Under the pieces are notes generated by a model. The model was not told where the DNA came from and searched no databases. It worked only from the letters and a program-made list of their open reading frames with translations. DNA of 64,000 nt from Tubulanus polymorphus (lineage: Eukaryota > Animalia > Nemertea). Position numbers and translations under genes: made by a program. Location of the stretch: contig NC_134035.1 of NCBI RefSeq assembly GCF_964204645.1, positions 2,976,001-3,040,000 on the forward strand, in the 5' to 3' direction. Shown piece by piece: positions 50,053-63,822 of this stretch. How positions within the stretch are numbered: the first letter of the stretch is position 1; every line of letters begins with the position of its first letter.

Positions 50053-52715
50053 CTGAAATACGATGTTAAAAAGCACATTCTAATTAAACGATTTTAAATG
50101 TTGTCTTATAAGTGAATCTCAATCCAATTATCTATATTGCTATTAGCCTATCCGAGTGACAACTTTCTCAATGAAAATATTACTAAAGGTAATTTGTGTT
50201 CCAAATAGATATCATATCGTTGTTCCACATAGTTGTGAGTTAGATTCATAGACAATTGGTCGAAATAAATGTGTTCATCACATCATTTCAAATTTCAACT
50301 CACAAGTGTGGGACTGACTCCTAATAACCTCAACAGACGAGCTTTGATTATGTATTTTCAGTTATCACTTTGACAAGCTAACAGAGCCAAATGTCTATTT
50401 GCATTATTCACAGAGAATATCACGTATTATTCATAAAAATATGCAGATAAAAAGCCTTTGACGCCATCTAAAAAAAGCCTTTGACACCATCTAAAACACA
50501 CCTAAGAAGCCGGCTGTGCTAAAGCAGTAAAATACCCGGACCTACGATTCCACTGATGGGTAAGTTTGACTCTCAAGGAGAACTAGACGATTCCCAATGT
50601 TTAGACCTCGAGAGTCAACCTATCCAACAACTAGGAACTGCTATCTCCTTCGTTCACCGTACGACACAACATAAAGAGACACTAGAGATGAGACGTTCTT
50701 GAGAGTTTCAGATATTGAAAATTGCCCGGTTTTCAATTCGACAAATTAAACCCTGAAAACCAACATATTTATGGGTCTAAAGCAATTAAGAATGTTAAGG
50801 GAAATGAATTCATCTGCTTCCTAGCACCAAATAAACAAAATATTAGGTAGCGATCCAATGCTTATTGTTCCCCACTAATCTCACTTTGCCCAAACCCTGG
50901 CCAAGCATATCTAGATACAGTAAACCTCACCTAACTCAAAGACATGGCCAACTCAGACAAAAAAATAATCATTTTCAAATTCCCTAATGGTATTTCCAAA
51001 TCGTTAACCAGGGTGACCACTTTCCACCCATTTTCAATCCCTTGAATTTTTCCTGCTTTTTCCAAGTGATTCCACCTGAGTGAATCAGAGAAATTTCTAG
51101 GTTTAAAATGTAACAATTCATTCATTTTTCATTTAATCACGTATTGCTAATGAAACACACAGTCAATAGCATCTGAATTCTATAGGTTTTTTGGTAAGAT
51201 TTGTAAAATTCCCTGAGTTTTCAATAATTTGTTCTAGAGTTTTCCAGGTCAGTGGCCATCCTGTTTCCTTAAACTATCGAAGTCTGAGTTAGGTGAAGTT
51301 TACCATATTCTATAGATTAAGTTCTAATAATTGCCTTCGCTTCTATAAGCGTTAATCGATGTATATGCGTTTTAGATAAAGTAATAAATATTCAAAATTC
51401 CTTTCTACCTTTACGCGAAAACCCTCCGAATACAAATATCTGATACACACAGCTGAAAACTAACGTCTCATGTCAACTATTCGCTACATATGCGGAATAC
51501 TGAAATCAACGTTGAGTATAATGGAAGGTTTAAAATTACGCGGAAACGTCACGGGTCGCCCTTCAGTCTCACGATATTTCAGAGAATGTTTCTCAGCTAA
51601 TTTCCGATTAAAATCTCGCAAACAGAGGAAATTGTACTACATTTTATGAAAAATACATGAAGATGATATCCTCTTCAAAAATACATAAACAGGATATCCT
51701 ATTTATGTATTTTTGGTCCTACGCATACGTAAAACAATCTCGATTTGACTCGTTCGACCCGGGACGGTTCCGTTGCTGAAATACGCATTGAAACTGATCT
51801 GAAAACAAAAACATACACGATTACAACGGGCAAAGAACAACATAGCTTCAAAAGCGAAATAAAAAGTCAGCCCACTTGTAGCTTTCTTTCTAGCATTCCT
51901 TTCATGATTTATTCGTTTTAGCATTTTCTCAAGGGATTGAGAATTTACAAATAGGAGGATAAGAACTGCAAAAAACTTTGATATAATTTGATACAAGATA
52001 AATTGATATGATTTTACAATGCAGGAATTCAAAAGTTTTAAAGAGATAGATATGTTATCTGATGCAAAGAGCAAGAGTTCCCATATTGCCTCTTATCTAT
52101 ACTCAGTTAGCAGACTTGACCTGATGTTGCTTTAGTAATTTGACATCATATATAGTAGTTTTAATCGAAAATGAACTAGAAATTATTCTGATATTAAGAT
52201 TATTTTGATATTTCTGGAAACAAATGAGCTCTCAATAAAAAGAGTAGAAACTAACTCTAAATAGTAGCCGATTTAGACCCTCAAGAGCACAGACTGAAAG
52301 TAAAGAAATACGCAATTTGGAATATTTGTGTCCCAGCCACTTATTTTAGTCACCATCATAGGGACTATTTATGACCTTAAAGAAAGGCGTTTAGGCAAAA
52401 TAGACTATATCATGGTTATCATTTTCATAATTTTTTAGAATCATTTTCAATGATTTTTGGTTATTTTCATATATACATACATATTCATGATTTAAGAAAA
52501 AAAGAATAAAAACTATGAGAAAAAAATTTAAATCGGAAACTGGATGAATGTGAATAAAAAAACAGAGCTGAGCGTTGAGTGTGTGAAGAATACCGGTATT
52601 AATATAAGCACCAAATAGATGGTCGAACCAATCATCTGCGCTTTCACCGAATATAGCTTTATAACCTACACCTGAAATTCAAAATTAACCGGTTAATTTC
52701 AAACCTCCGAGTATA

Positions 52716-52957
52716 CAGAGTAAACCCCGCTTGCCTCAGATCCAGAATAAACCTCGCTTGCCTCAGATCCAGAGTAAACCCAGCTTGCCTCAGATCCAGA
52801 GTAAACCTCGTTTGCCTCAGATCCAGAGTAAACCCCGCTTGCCTCAGATCCAGAGTAAACCTTGCTTGCCTCAGATCCAGGGTAAACCTCGATTGCCTCA
52901 GATCCAGAGTAAACCATGCTTGCCTCAGATCCAGAGTAAACCCCGCTTGCCTCAGAT
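52716..52957 (+). repeat. 27-bp minisatellite, about 9 copies, in an EPS8 intron
   Basis: Unit ccagagtaaaccccgcttgcctcagat. Confidence 0.95.
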
Positions 52958-55900
52958 TGTGGGACCAATGATCATTCAGAACGTTAATTTTGACAATCCG
53001 AGGGCTGCTAGCAATACATTGGTGAGGGTCCTGGTGGCCCTCCCACAGAAAACCAAGGACGAACAAGAGCTTTTCTTGCCCATTTGGATTTATTTTCACT
53101 CTTTTTAGAACTTTCTTTGCCAAAAATCTTTTCACAATTTTTGGAGGGTACATTCTAATTCTAAAAGAAGGTGGACCAGTCCACCCCCTTGGAGATGAAC
53201 GTAGAAATGTCATTAATAAGGTATGAAACCACCACGGGAAAACAGGAATGACTTTCTCTTATGAAAATCCAGAAGCATCCATCCTCAAATCAGCAATTAC
53301 GGGGTTTTCGACGACGAAGCCTTGATTACGACGAAAAATGAAAAAGATCCGGAGTTCCCGCGAAACCAAGAGGAATACGACCAGAAACAGACCAAATACT
53401 CGCTTATTTAATGTATTAAATAACGTACACCAGTTACTTTTTTTATTCGTGTTTTTTTTTCGTAATAATAAACAAATATCATTATTGGCAGGATCCAAAC
53501 AATAGGGGGCGTGCCTGCCCGTACAAAAATAAACATATCAAACAGACAATTATTCATATACACTATATCTATATATATATATTAAATTTTCTTTTCAATC
53601 GATCATAATCATAGTATTATCGATATAGATTACAATCGCGTATTTGTATAAATATATATTCATTTTGGTTGAGAAAAGTTTATTTACTTTAGCAAAAAAA
53701 AAAAAACAGCGGTCATATATTTAAATTTGACTGACGCCGAGTGGAAAACTCTCATCAGAAATATGGACATTTTAAGTTTTCGCTTATGGATGGAATTGTT
53801 TATTTTTAGCAAGACATAATTAATATCATTACGCACATTAGGATTGTATGATAACAATTTGCATATATATACACATTTATATATATACTTGTAGATATAA
53901 GACAAATTTGATTATTGCTATTGCTTTTTTATGTATAAATTTCCATTACAGTTTTTGGAGTTAAACATTGACGTACAAAAAAAAAACAGCTTTAAAACTA
54001 AGTTAAATGTAAAATCTCACAATTTTCGAAAGGGTAAAAAGTTTATTCAAAATACTAGCAATAGTGGTAGTAGATACCCAAAATATTTTTGAATAAACTT
54101 TTCAGTCTTTTAACAATTGTGGGATTTCACATGTTTCATCATGGATATTGTGATCTTTCCAATTCTTAATTATTTTGAAGCTTTGCTGATCAGTTTTCAA
54201 CGCCCTTTTATCGTAACTCTCGTTAGAAAGCTTTGGACACGCTCTTCGTGCAATGTTGTTAGTTCTCTTAATTATCTAGAATATATTCTCGATTAGGATT
54301 TTAAATTTTAAATTAGCTACTATAAACTACTTGAAGTTAAAACTGTGTTAGTCGCGTGGGTGTGTTTGTGTGTGTGGATGTATGCATGAATATTAGGTTA
54401 TAAGCGGCATGCAGATTTTCAAACATCCGAATGCAATGGAACAAGCAGAACCAAAAAACCGAGAGAAACGAAGAAAAATCTGGCACCAATATCACAGAGA
54501 CCATGCAACCCGAACCTTCAAATCAAGTGACAATTGTGACCTTAAGTAGCGAACAGCCGAACCCAGATATGTATTTGTTGAACATACTCCTGGCGAGGTG
54601 GATGAGAAAATTGCAAGATTTTTGAGGTATGAATGAGGACTTTGTAGCAGATATCAACAGTTGCAAAAGTCTTGAGTAAATAATTTAGAGTCATTTTGAA
54701 CTTAAATTAAACTCTAAAACGTGGACCGAGGGGCTGTTAAAGTTTCATCAGTTGTGGTACCACAAAACTGATGAAGCTCTAATGAGGAGACGTTGTTCTT
54801 GTGAAATGGCCCCAGCCCAAATTTGGCAAAGGATGATATAGATATCAAGAAAGGCACTACCCGGATAATCTTGAGCTATTAAGGTGACTTTTACAGCAGG
54901 TTCTTTCACGGGTGTGGGGAAAAAATCTTATTGACAGCTTCAAGCGAATTCCCTTCAAAAGCATACAGCAGAATGAAGAAAACGAATCATTCCAAAGCAA
55001 ACTGTTTCAGAAAAAAAAAACAGACAGCATGCATGTAATAAAAGTATCACCGGTAGAAAGCGTAGGAATTCGCAATGATGATTTCACCCACCCCCCCCCC
55101 CGGCGTTAAGACTAATTAGAAAACTTAACTAGTTCAAAGCATATCATTAGACATCATGTGGGGAAGGATAAATCGACTTGTTACTTCATGAGAAGTAAAA
55201 AATTCTTTCTGAAAATCAAATGTCATAATGTATTAACATTGATGATGTATGTAGTAAAGGTAACTTGAATGAATAATATACAAAGGATTATAACAAAGCA
55301 GGGAAACATAACATTTCAGCAGCAGAGATAACAAGTTGGTGACAGTTAACCAGTGGACAGTTGACATAGTGACGATTAAAACTTTATTGTCACTGTGGTA
55401 TCTATCCACCAGTCCTCTTTAACCAACGTTGGAGCAACTGCAGCCCTAGAGCTCAGTTCCACCGGTGCGAGTTGAGTTTGAATAAACAGTAGGGGTTTGC
55501 TTGGGCACCAGATACACTAGAAAATCTGACTATGTACAATATCCAATGCCCCATGGTAAACAGATACGGAACCCAATAGAGGTATTGCATGTTGTCAACC
55601 AGTGAAAGAGACTTGCCATATATAGCAAAATAAATGGAGGGACTTATAAACTTCGAGGGTCTGTGAGGTAAATCACATTTTGGGTTTGCCAACCGATATG
55701 GAGCAGTTAAGGACATGGCTAACTCAAAACTCGCTTGTCATGGGCTACAACTAAGCAATTAATAGTGGTTAACTGTCATATAGTGTTAACTATGTTATAG
55801 TGGCCAAAACTAAGTAATCGCAATATTCAACTCCCCCTGGAACTGAGCTAACAACACAGACCCGCAGAAATCATATTTAAATTAGATTATGAGAGATACT

Positions 55901-58235
55901 TTTGAATAATAACTGATAATCAACAAACAACAAGTGAATTGAGACAGAAATATGCGAGCAAACGCATCCGACATTGATGCGAAAGAGGCGCCCACGTCCT
56001 TCCAATAGTAACTCGAATTGCATTAAACATCTTATGTATCCATATTTGATTTTAATGCAGCAGGCATTGTTTGATTTTTCATTCAATATCTCGAGTAATT
56101 GAAACGATGAAATCAGGTGCTAGAACTAACAGGAAATGAAGTCAAGTAACCCAATAAGCGTACTTCGCGTTGTCAAATAACGCGTACGTGTATGTTTAGC
56201 GCTTGATTCGAGAACCTTGAACTTTAGTTCGTGGTGCGAAGAGTTTTGAGTGGAGCAAGTTGTACGTGGAATGGAAATATCGGCACGCAATATATACACG
56301 CATACACGATTGCATTCAATTCAAGTGAAGTCATTGCTAATAATTTACACGAAAAAGCTTCATTACGATTAACGAAAGATATCAATAATACAGTGAAACC
56401 TTCATTAATGAAAAACACCACTCTATCGTGAACACCTTGATTTATGACGACTTTTTGTCAGAACTAAAATTTACTCTAGGCCTAATATATATTCATGTAT
56501 ACACACAGGTGGAGACCATATGTAACTTTTGATGGACAGACCTAGAATCTGTCAATTGCCACTGTTTAAAATTTTCTTCATCAATCCTGACTTATTCATG
56601 CTAAGTATATATCATCATTAATAAGCATTGGGTAATGAAGTTTGAAGGATGTTCACTAGGTGTCACCACACGGTCTGTACCTCTCTGGGCACCTGCTATC
56701 TTCAATTGAAGTAGTTTGCACCAAAAAATGAGCGCAATTTGACATTTAAAATAGTTTGATTGATTATTAACTAAGCATTAATCTGATTTTAAGAGTTTTT
56801 TGATATTTCTGAGAGTAGTTAACTGAAATACCAGTCATACCCAGGTCTGTAGTGATTGTTTTCTCCGGGATATGACAGCGTTCAGAGGTTTTCACTATAG
56901 AATGGTTTCACTATATTAATGATATAAATTTAAACGATAATAATCATAATATATACATGTATAAAGACTACATTTCTATCAGAACACAATCACGTTGCGC
57001 AACAAGCAGTGGCCAGTCATGATTGTAAAGAGGTAGAAAAATTTGTCACAAAACACACAGTTGAACTAGGTATCGATTGGATTAGTTGATTGTTGATAAT
57101 TAGGTGTCCGCATTTTTTGACACACGTTAGAAATTAACCCGAAAATGTTGAGGTCCCAGTTCAACTAAAAACATGTCCAGGACCCAGTTCGATAGTCATA
57201 GCTTACAAGACTGTCTTTGTTCTTTCGTCAATTTGATTACTTAACACCAGTCTTAAGATTCAAGAAAACTTTTGGACTAGTCTCGACCATGGAACCGGCC
57301 CTGGACCATGTTTTAAGGACCGAGTTCGACATTGCAGTTAACTTCATTTGTCATAGTCATCAATTCAATTCACTCATATGCGGCTTAAGCTAAGAACTGG
57401 TCCATGAAATGTGATTTAAGTACGAATCAGTTGATCGCTCTCATTCAACAAATATAGGGCGCATAGTTGCACAGTAGTGAGTTAGAGCTATTCGTGCTAA
57501 TCATATGCAAATAATATGCAATTATGAAAATTACCAGTAAAATGCCACGCATAGTAGCGGCGGTTCACTTTTCGACGAAGTCAAATTTTAACCCAAAACT
57601 GCACAACTCGACCCCGAAATATTAAAGTACGTATTGCCCAACTGTTCACGTAAGAAAAATCACTCTATACATAGCTATAAACAGTCATTGCACTCGAAGA
57701 TATAAGCAAAAACGTATTTTAATGAACAGCTTTAAAATATGCGAAGCGATAATCATTTTCAATGCGTGCACGTACAGCTTTTAAACCTAACTCAGGCTGC
57801 ACTGAGATCCAATCCGATCATCTGCCCTTCCGTCTCAAGTACTTGGTAGACTCATGTCGCAAAAATTGCCAGACTGAAAAATTGACACCTCCCTGCCGAT
57901 TCCTTACGATCGGGTCGGATCTTACGCAAACTGAGTTCTGCTTTATGTGCGTGCATCCATGTATATATGTATCTACAGTGTATAGTGCCTTTATCAACAC
58001 AGGTGAAGCTTCAGGGCCGAGTTTCATAGATGTAAAATAATCCCAGCGAACATTTTGAAATTTGTCGGTTATAAACGCTTTTTCTCAAAAGTTACTTCGG
58101 TGATAGTCGCTGAGAATGTAAATTTACCCGTAGGGGTAATTTGATACCCGGTCTATGAAACCTGGCCCCGGTGACGAGCAATTTCGGATATAAACGGTGA
58201 ATTTGATTTGAGCAATGTAGTTGAGGTTTTGGCAA

Positions 58236-58551
58236 AAATTTCAGCGAGAGGAAGAATAAGAATTGCTCGCAGTTTCGCCGCATGTAGCTGCCTGTAGCAT
58301 AATACAGCTGCATTTCAAATAAATATAGAGTAGACTCTTCCTTACGGTACCGGTTAACTTGGGTCAACTGCTCAAGTCAGTGTGAATGGTACAAATTTCA
58401 GCGAGAGGAAGAATAAGAATTGCGCGTAGTTTCGCCTGCAGTAGCTGCGTTTAGCGTAATACGGCTACATTTCAAATAAATATAGAGTAGACTCTTCCTT
58501 ACTCGGTACCGGTTAACTTGGGTCAACTGCTCAAGTCAGTGTAAACGGTAC
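58236..58551 (+). repeat. ~158-bp tandem duplication (intronic)
   Basis: aaatttcagcgagaggaagaataag...ggtaca occurs twice. Confidence 0.9.
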
Positions 58552-58611
58552 AAAAGTTTGTTTGGAATTTACCCAAATATTTACAGTCCAAAATCTACAC
58601 AGTAAGGTGTA

Positions 58612-58905
58612 AGCCGCGATCGCACGAGCGTTTTTGACCCGCGCCACATTTGCCCAACGCCTAATCAATTGGCCCTGGGCTAACAGAGTTCACACTACGA
58701 AAAATGTCGAACCAGGTGCGTACCAAATTCAAGCACGGGTAAAATTAATGAGCGTGAATGCTAACTGGTTCTAGAAGTGACTCATTTTGATAGCATTTTC
58801 GTAACAAGTGAGTAATTTACGTGCGAATGCGCTCTCTAATAAGGCACGGGCCAAATTTTACTAGGGTCCGATCCGGGCCAAAATTGTCACCGTGTGATCG
58901 CGGCT
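58612..58905. mobile_element. MITE (TIR AGCCGCGATCRCACG)
   Basis: Terminal inverted repeats; related internal sequence at ~61590-61740. Confidence 0.65.
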
Positions 58906-58925
58906 ATAGTTTATACAAAGCACAG

Positions 58926-59020
58926 GGGCTCATTTCATGAAGTACTTACAACCATGTCATCTACGCGATTTCGTTGAATGACAGAGACGGCAAATTTTTA
59001 CGTACTTCATGAACGGGCCC
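58926..59020. mobile_element. Small Harbinger-like palindromic MITE
   Basis: ggggctcatttcatgaagtac...gtacttcatgaacgggcccc. Confidence 0.6.
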
Positions 59021-59209
59021 CGTAGACATTTATCATGTATACAATACAATAAAGATAGAATCACGCAATAATGATTAATAATAATAATAACAATAAATAT
59101 GTTACGTCGTATATTATGTACAAAATTTGATTCGAAGAAGAAGGAATGAATTATTCGTGATTATAAAATTACAAGAAAACACGCACGCGCGCGCGCGGGA
59201 TATTCATGA

Positions 59210-59371
59210 TCAGAAATAACGAAATTCACCTTTCTTTCCTTGGCGCGGCGTGCTGTAGTTCGACATTATCACCGGCGGCGGCGGTGCAGGTGGCGCCGGC
59301 GGCGCAGGAGGCGGCACCGGTATCGTATTGTTTACGTGTTGAGAATTGCGTTGATGTTGCATAGATTCGTG
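59210..59371 (-). CDS. EPS8: EPS8-family Pro-rich exon; donor after 59230 (long isoform) or readthrough to GKKGEFRYF* (short isoform)
   Basis: HESMQHQ...PPPAPPAPPAPPPP...QGKK|GEFRYF-TGA. Confidence 0.85.
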   Translation of the reverse strand, partial: HESMQHQRNSQHVNNTIPVPPPAPPAPPAPPPPVIMSNYSTPRQGKKGEFRYF

Positions 59372-59470
59372 CTGCAATAAAGACACAGTTCACATGATTT
59401 CGAGGCGGGGGGCAGGGGGTTATAACCCGGCCGGCTACTGCTGCTCTAACTATCGATCTAACTAACGTAC

Positions 59471-59662
59471 TCGGTCGTTATATAAAGGATTCTCCGTGTG
59501 AAATGCTCCGCCGGGTATGTTGTTGTGGTTGTTGTTCGGCTGTTGAACGTGGTGCGTCGGCGTCGCGTCCGGTTCGTACGGGCGCAGTATCGTGTACGGC
59601 GCGTGTCCCATTTGACCTTGGCAATTACGCATTTTCCACCAGTTCCGAGAATCGTCCAAGCA
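59471..59662 (-). CDS. EPS8: EPS8-family exon, SH3 C-terminal half
   Basis: CLDDSRNWWKMRNCQGQMGHAPYTIL; phase 0 to 0. Confidence 0.92.
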
Positions 59663-60051
59663 CTGGAAAAATATCAACAACAGGATTATTTTTACACGTA
59701 CGGTTTAGTAAATAGTGGCTTATTAGTTATTGTTAGGACTGTGAATGATCTGTAGACCACATTAACCTAGTGTTGAATAAGTAAAACGAGACAGGTAGTA
59801 ACATAAGATAACTCATACTTCAAACGAACAAGTTAAGCCATAAAGTACTGTGAATGTTACACCAAGTTGATAATCGGGGAAATGGAAGGTTTTTCCAAGT
59901 GAATTCCAGTAAAATTCATTGAGTTGACCATATACAGAGTTAGGAGCAGTCTACTATAGTAAAATGTACCAATTTTGTTTTATTGACGTTTTCTGCCTAT
60001 CAGTGCATTTCAAAAACTCCTAAATACCGCCGTATTCTACACTGTACTTAC

Positions 60052-60127
60052 TTCTAAAACTTCACCCTTGCTGACGGTTAATTCCTTATGATTTCTACCC
60101 GTTCGTTCATGGATGACTTCAAACATT
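60052..60127 (-). CDS. EPS8: EPS8-family exon, SH3 N-terminal half
   Basis: MFEVIHERTGRNHKELTVSKGEVLE; phase 2 to 0. Confidence 0.9.
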
Positions 60128-60379
60128 CTAAACAATAAGAGTAATCGATTTTAAATTAGCTTGTGTATTCATCATTTGATAGTGGAAGGGGTGAGGGGTC
60201 TACTGTTCCACATTTCCACCTAGTTGCGAGTTAGGAGTTAAAACTAGTTCATTTCGATGAGACTCAAATCTTAACTCACAAACTAAAACAATGGAAATGG
60301 GTCCTGTACATATGTATATAAGATATTTTTGACTTGAATATGTAAAATCAGATAAAAAGTTTATCGAGCTAGGTAGTAC

Positions 60380-60481
60380 CGTGCATTTCGCAATTGCAGA
60401 TCGCGTATGAAATCCTCATGTTGCCCGTTCCAGTTGGGAGTATAAGGCTCCGGTTGTCTGTTCTCTTGGTTGTAATTGTTT
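60380..60481 (-). CDS. EPS8: EPS8-family exon
   Basis: NNYNQENRQPEPY...EDFIRDLQLRNA; phase 2 to 2. Confidence 0.8.
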
Positions 60482-60835
60482 CTAAACACGAAAAAATATG
60501 CGTGTAAATATAATATACATGATAAACTGTTCAGTAACTCGAATTATCAGCCATTTGAATAAGATATTCGCAGCATCAGATCCAGGAGGAAGTGGCTTTT
60601 AGGAAAATATTCAGGTCAAATTAATAAGAAAGGGTATTCTAGTAGTGATGTCGTTTTGACTGAAAAGATACCATCTTCTAGATTTTTTGACAAAATGGTG
60701 CCTTTGATTAACACAACTTTTGTTGGAATGCAGCTATGTAATGGTGACAGATCTCATAAGATAGCTAATTCAGAATAAATGTGTATCATTCATAAATTGA
60801 TGGTTAATTTCAGACTATTTCAAATCGCTACAAAC

Positions 60836-60945
60836 CTGGAGCCGGTTTTACAGGCAGGCATTACCTTTAACCCGGGGGCTAACCCAATTGAAAATGAATT
60901 AGCCCCCGGGTTAAAGGTAATACCAGTCTATAAAACTGGTCCCTG
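60836..60945. mobile_element. ~110-bp palindromic MITE; sibling at 61370-61482
   Basis: attacctttaacccgggggctaa...ttagcccccgggttaaaggtaat. Confidence 0.7.
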
Positions 60946-61073
60946 CAGAAAGTAGCATTTTCTCTGGTTTTTTGTCAAAAATGTTTCCCTTATGTCCTCA
61001 AAAACAAAGAGGCACTCGAGATTCCCCTTGGATCTGCCTGAATTTTGACACACCGATCAGATTCTATGGATAC

Positions 61074-61315
61074 CTGTGATGAGCGTACGGTTCCGCGTAG
61101 CTAAGCACCCGTGGATCGGAGTCTGGCGGATATACGGGAACACCGCTCGGAGGTCGCGGTGCCGGAGGAGGAATGTCTCGAGGATTGGAAGGATTTGTTT
61201 CGACTGGCCGCTGCTGCTGCTGCTGCTGTCTGTACACAACGTCGTTGTATTCCGTATGCTGCGGTGGTTGTTGCGGTTGTTGTTGGTTGTGATTATGGAA
61301 GACCTGATCCTCGAC
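61074..61315 (-). CDS. EPS8: EPS8-family Gln/Pro-rich exon
   Basis: VEDQVFHNHNQQQPQQ...AEPYAHH; phase 0 to 2. Confidence 0.8.
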
Positions 61316-61761
61316 CTTTCAAATGAAACCGGAAAATATATCGCTGAAAATATCTTCAACCAAATCATCAGGGCACGGTTTTATAGACAGGTATTACCTT
61401 TAACCCAGGGGCTAACTCAATTCATTTTAGATTGAGTTAGCCCTCCGGTTAAAGGTAATACCGGTCTATAAAACCGGCTCCAGTTTACTAGCAATTAATA
61501 CACCGCACTGCGGTGAAGACGTACTGAAAGGTTTAAAACAGACCAATTTTAACCAAACTTGGACCAAAAATGTCGGACAAGAGCCAGATTTCAGCATGGA
61601 TCAAATCATCGCTTGTGAATGCTAACTGATTCTGGAAGTGACACACCTCACTTGGCACAGCATCATTTTGTAACGAGTAACGAGTGATTAATGTGCGAAT
61701 GCTCTCTCATTAAGCACGGGCTAAACTTTGACCGGGGCTAAATCATCTCATGCATACTCAC

Positions 61762-62175
61762 ATGATAATCATTTCGTAATCGTTCGTTCTCTTCTCTCTT
61801 CTGCACGTCTGCCACCTGCGCGGCGACCGCCGCCTGGATGTTATCCTTCGACGGCTCGTCGATGGACGGCGCGTACGGCTCCCAGCCGTTCGCGAAACGC
61901 GGGTAGTACGGCGGCACGTAACCCTTCCACTGCTCGCGACTGAGCGTCCACGCCTCGCCCAACGACATCCACAACATCGACTCCTTCGACGTCAAACAGT
62001 GCATGAGCAGATCGCGCGCCTCTGTCGTCAACAACGGCGACACGACGCGGTTCGCCAGATCGTTCATCGAGTTTTTCGGGTCTTTGCTCGCGTCGACGAT
62101 CAAGCTCAACGGCGTGAACAAGAAGTGAACTAGTTCCGGGGCGTTCGGGTCGTGAATGAACGGCTGAAGTCTTGC
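61762..62175 (-). CDS. EPS8: EPS8-family exon
   Basis: ARLQPFIHDPNAPELVHFLFTPL...LWMSLGEAW, a hallmark EPS8 sequence; phase 0 to 0. Confidence 0.95.
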
Positions 62176-62572
62176 CTGAAATGAAACAACCGTATTGACA
62201 TTCAAAACATAGTCTTCAATCAATGAATTCTGATGACCGATGAGTAACGATAACCCTGACTAAGAGGTTGGTTACATATTAGGACTGTGAGGCCACACCT
62301 GCAAGTCATCAGACTTGTCTTATATTGTTAGATTTAGATTGGCCATAGAACCAAAAGACAGGTTTCAAATTTCTAGACTGGTTATAGTAACCAAAAAGAG
62401 CTTAGACTGGTCTAAAGTTTAAAGATTGGCTTTACAACTAAGATGGGCTTAGACTTGTCTCAAGTTTTTAGATTGGTTATAGAACCAAAATGAGCTTAGA
62501 CTGGTCTTAAGTTGTTAGATTGGCCTTAGAACCTAGATGAGTTTAACTGGCCTTAAAAATCGCTCTTCTTAC

Positions 62573-62661
62573 CAACAAGTTGAAGGCGAGTTTAAACTTC
62601 TTGAAAATGTCGACAAATTCTTCAACAGATGGCGGATGAGCCCTCCTAGATAAGATACCGT
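62573..62661 (-). CDS. EPS8: EPS8-family exon
   Basis: [29 protein letters not shown]; phase 1 to 0. Confidence 0.93.
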
Positions 62662-63822
62662 CTGTAAAAGGAAAAATGAACATGAACATTAACACAGTGC
62701 GTCACCATAGTAATCTACCTTATAACAGAACTACACAAAACTAGAAATTCTGTAAGAGGTATCATTTTGTAAGCCTTATAAGAGATTTTTCTTTTATTTT
62801 GCTACTTTTCTTTGTCTCATACGTCAAATTCTAGGTTATTTCAATGAATTTGTATCATATTGTTTAACCCTAATGATCAAAAGGTTGTATTTAAGCCACA
62901 ATATAGCATATATAACAATGGGTGGACCACTACTTCGTCATGCAGAATATTTTACATAGAAAAATGAATCTTGCGAGTGCAGTTTACAATAACAAAATAT
63001 TCGTTAGCAATTTCATTCTTTCGGACTTTGACCAACAACGAAATAGTGTGTGATATGTGAAAAGTAATCGAAACTATTTCGATAGAGGAACCTAAAATGA
63101 GAATTTCCAAATACTCAAGTCAATCTGAAAAACACCAAACAACACAGAGAATAAACAAATTCCAAGTGGATTCAATCAAATCTTTTGGATCTGAAGGATG
63201 TTTTTAGATGTAGGTCTCAGTGGTGAACAGTCTACGCGATATATGTGCATGTGAATAAAAACCACTCATTCGACCATAATTCTAACAACTGATTTCATAT
63301 ACCGTAATCACCATCACTGATAAATTCATCTTCGTCCTTTTTGCTTTTAAATAAGGCTACAATGTAATACAATCAAACGTAATCTATTCAATTCTTAATT
63401 CTATTCTAAAAAAAAAAAACTGGTTGATTTACATAGATTTCAGCTCGTCATACGGGTATATCAAGGGCATACATAAGGACATATCACTTTTTTTAAACTA
63501 GTCCAACATGCCAGAAAAAGCCTCAATTCTACTTCTCAAACTTGGTAAATTTATATTTCAGTTGGTTTGCCTCTCAGGGTGTCCACTTAACCACACAACC
63601 AATGGATAAATACCACAGTAACAATAAACTTTTAATTGTCATTACGTCAACTATCCACTGGTTAACTCTAACAACCAACTTTTGACCAACTGCAGCCCCT
63701 AAACTACAAGCTACGCCTGGATCCTCACTAAGCGGAATCTGTGATTTCTACCGTGGTAACGGCATTTTCCCCTTTTCCACATTTCAAACGTTTTCCGCCA
63801 AGCCGCTCGATTCCGTACATAC

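Noticed and set aside
61057-61435. ORFs 61057..61368, 61076..61435 and 61111..61326
   Set aside because: Alternate-frame or antisense shadows of the EPS8 exon.
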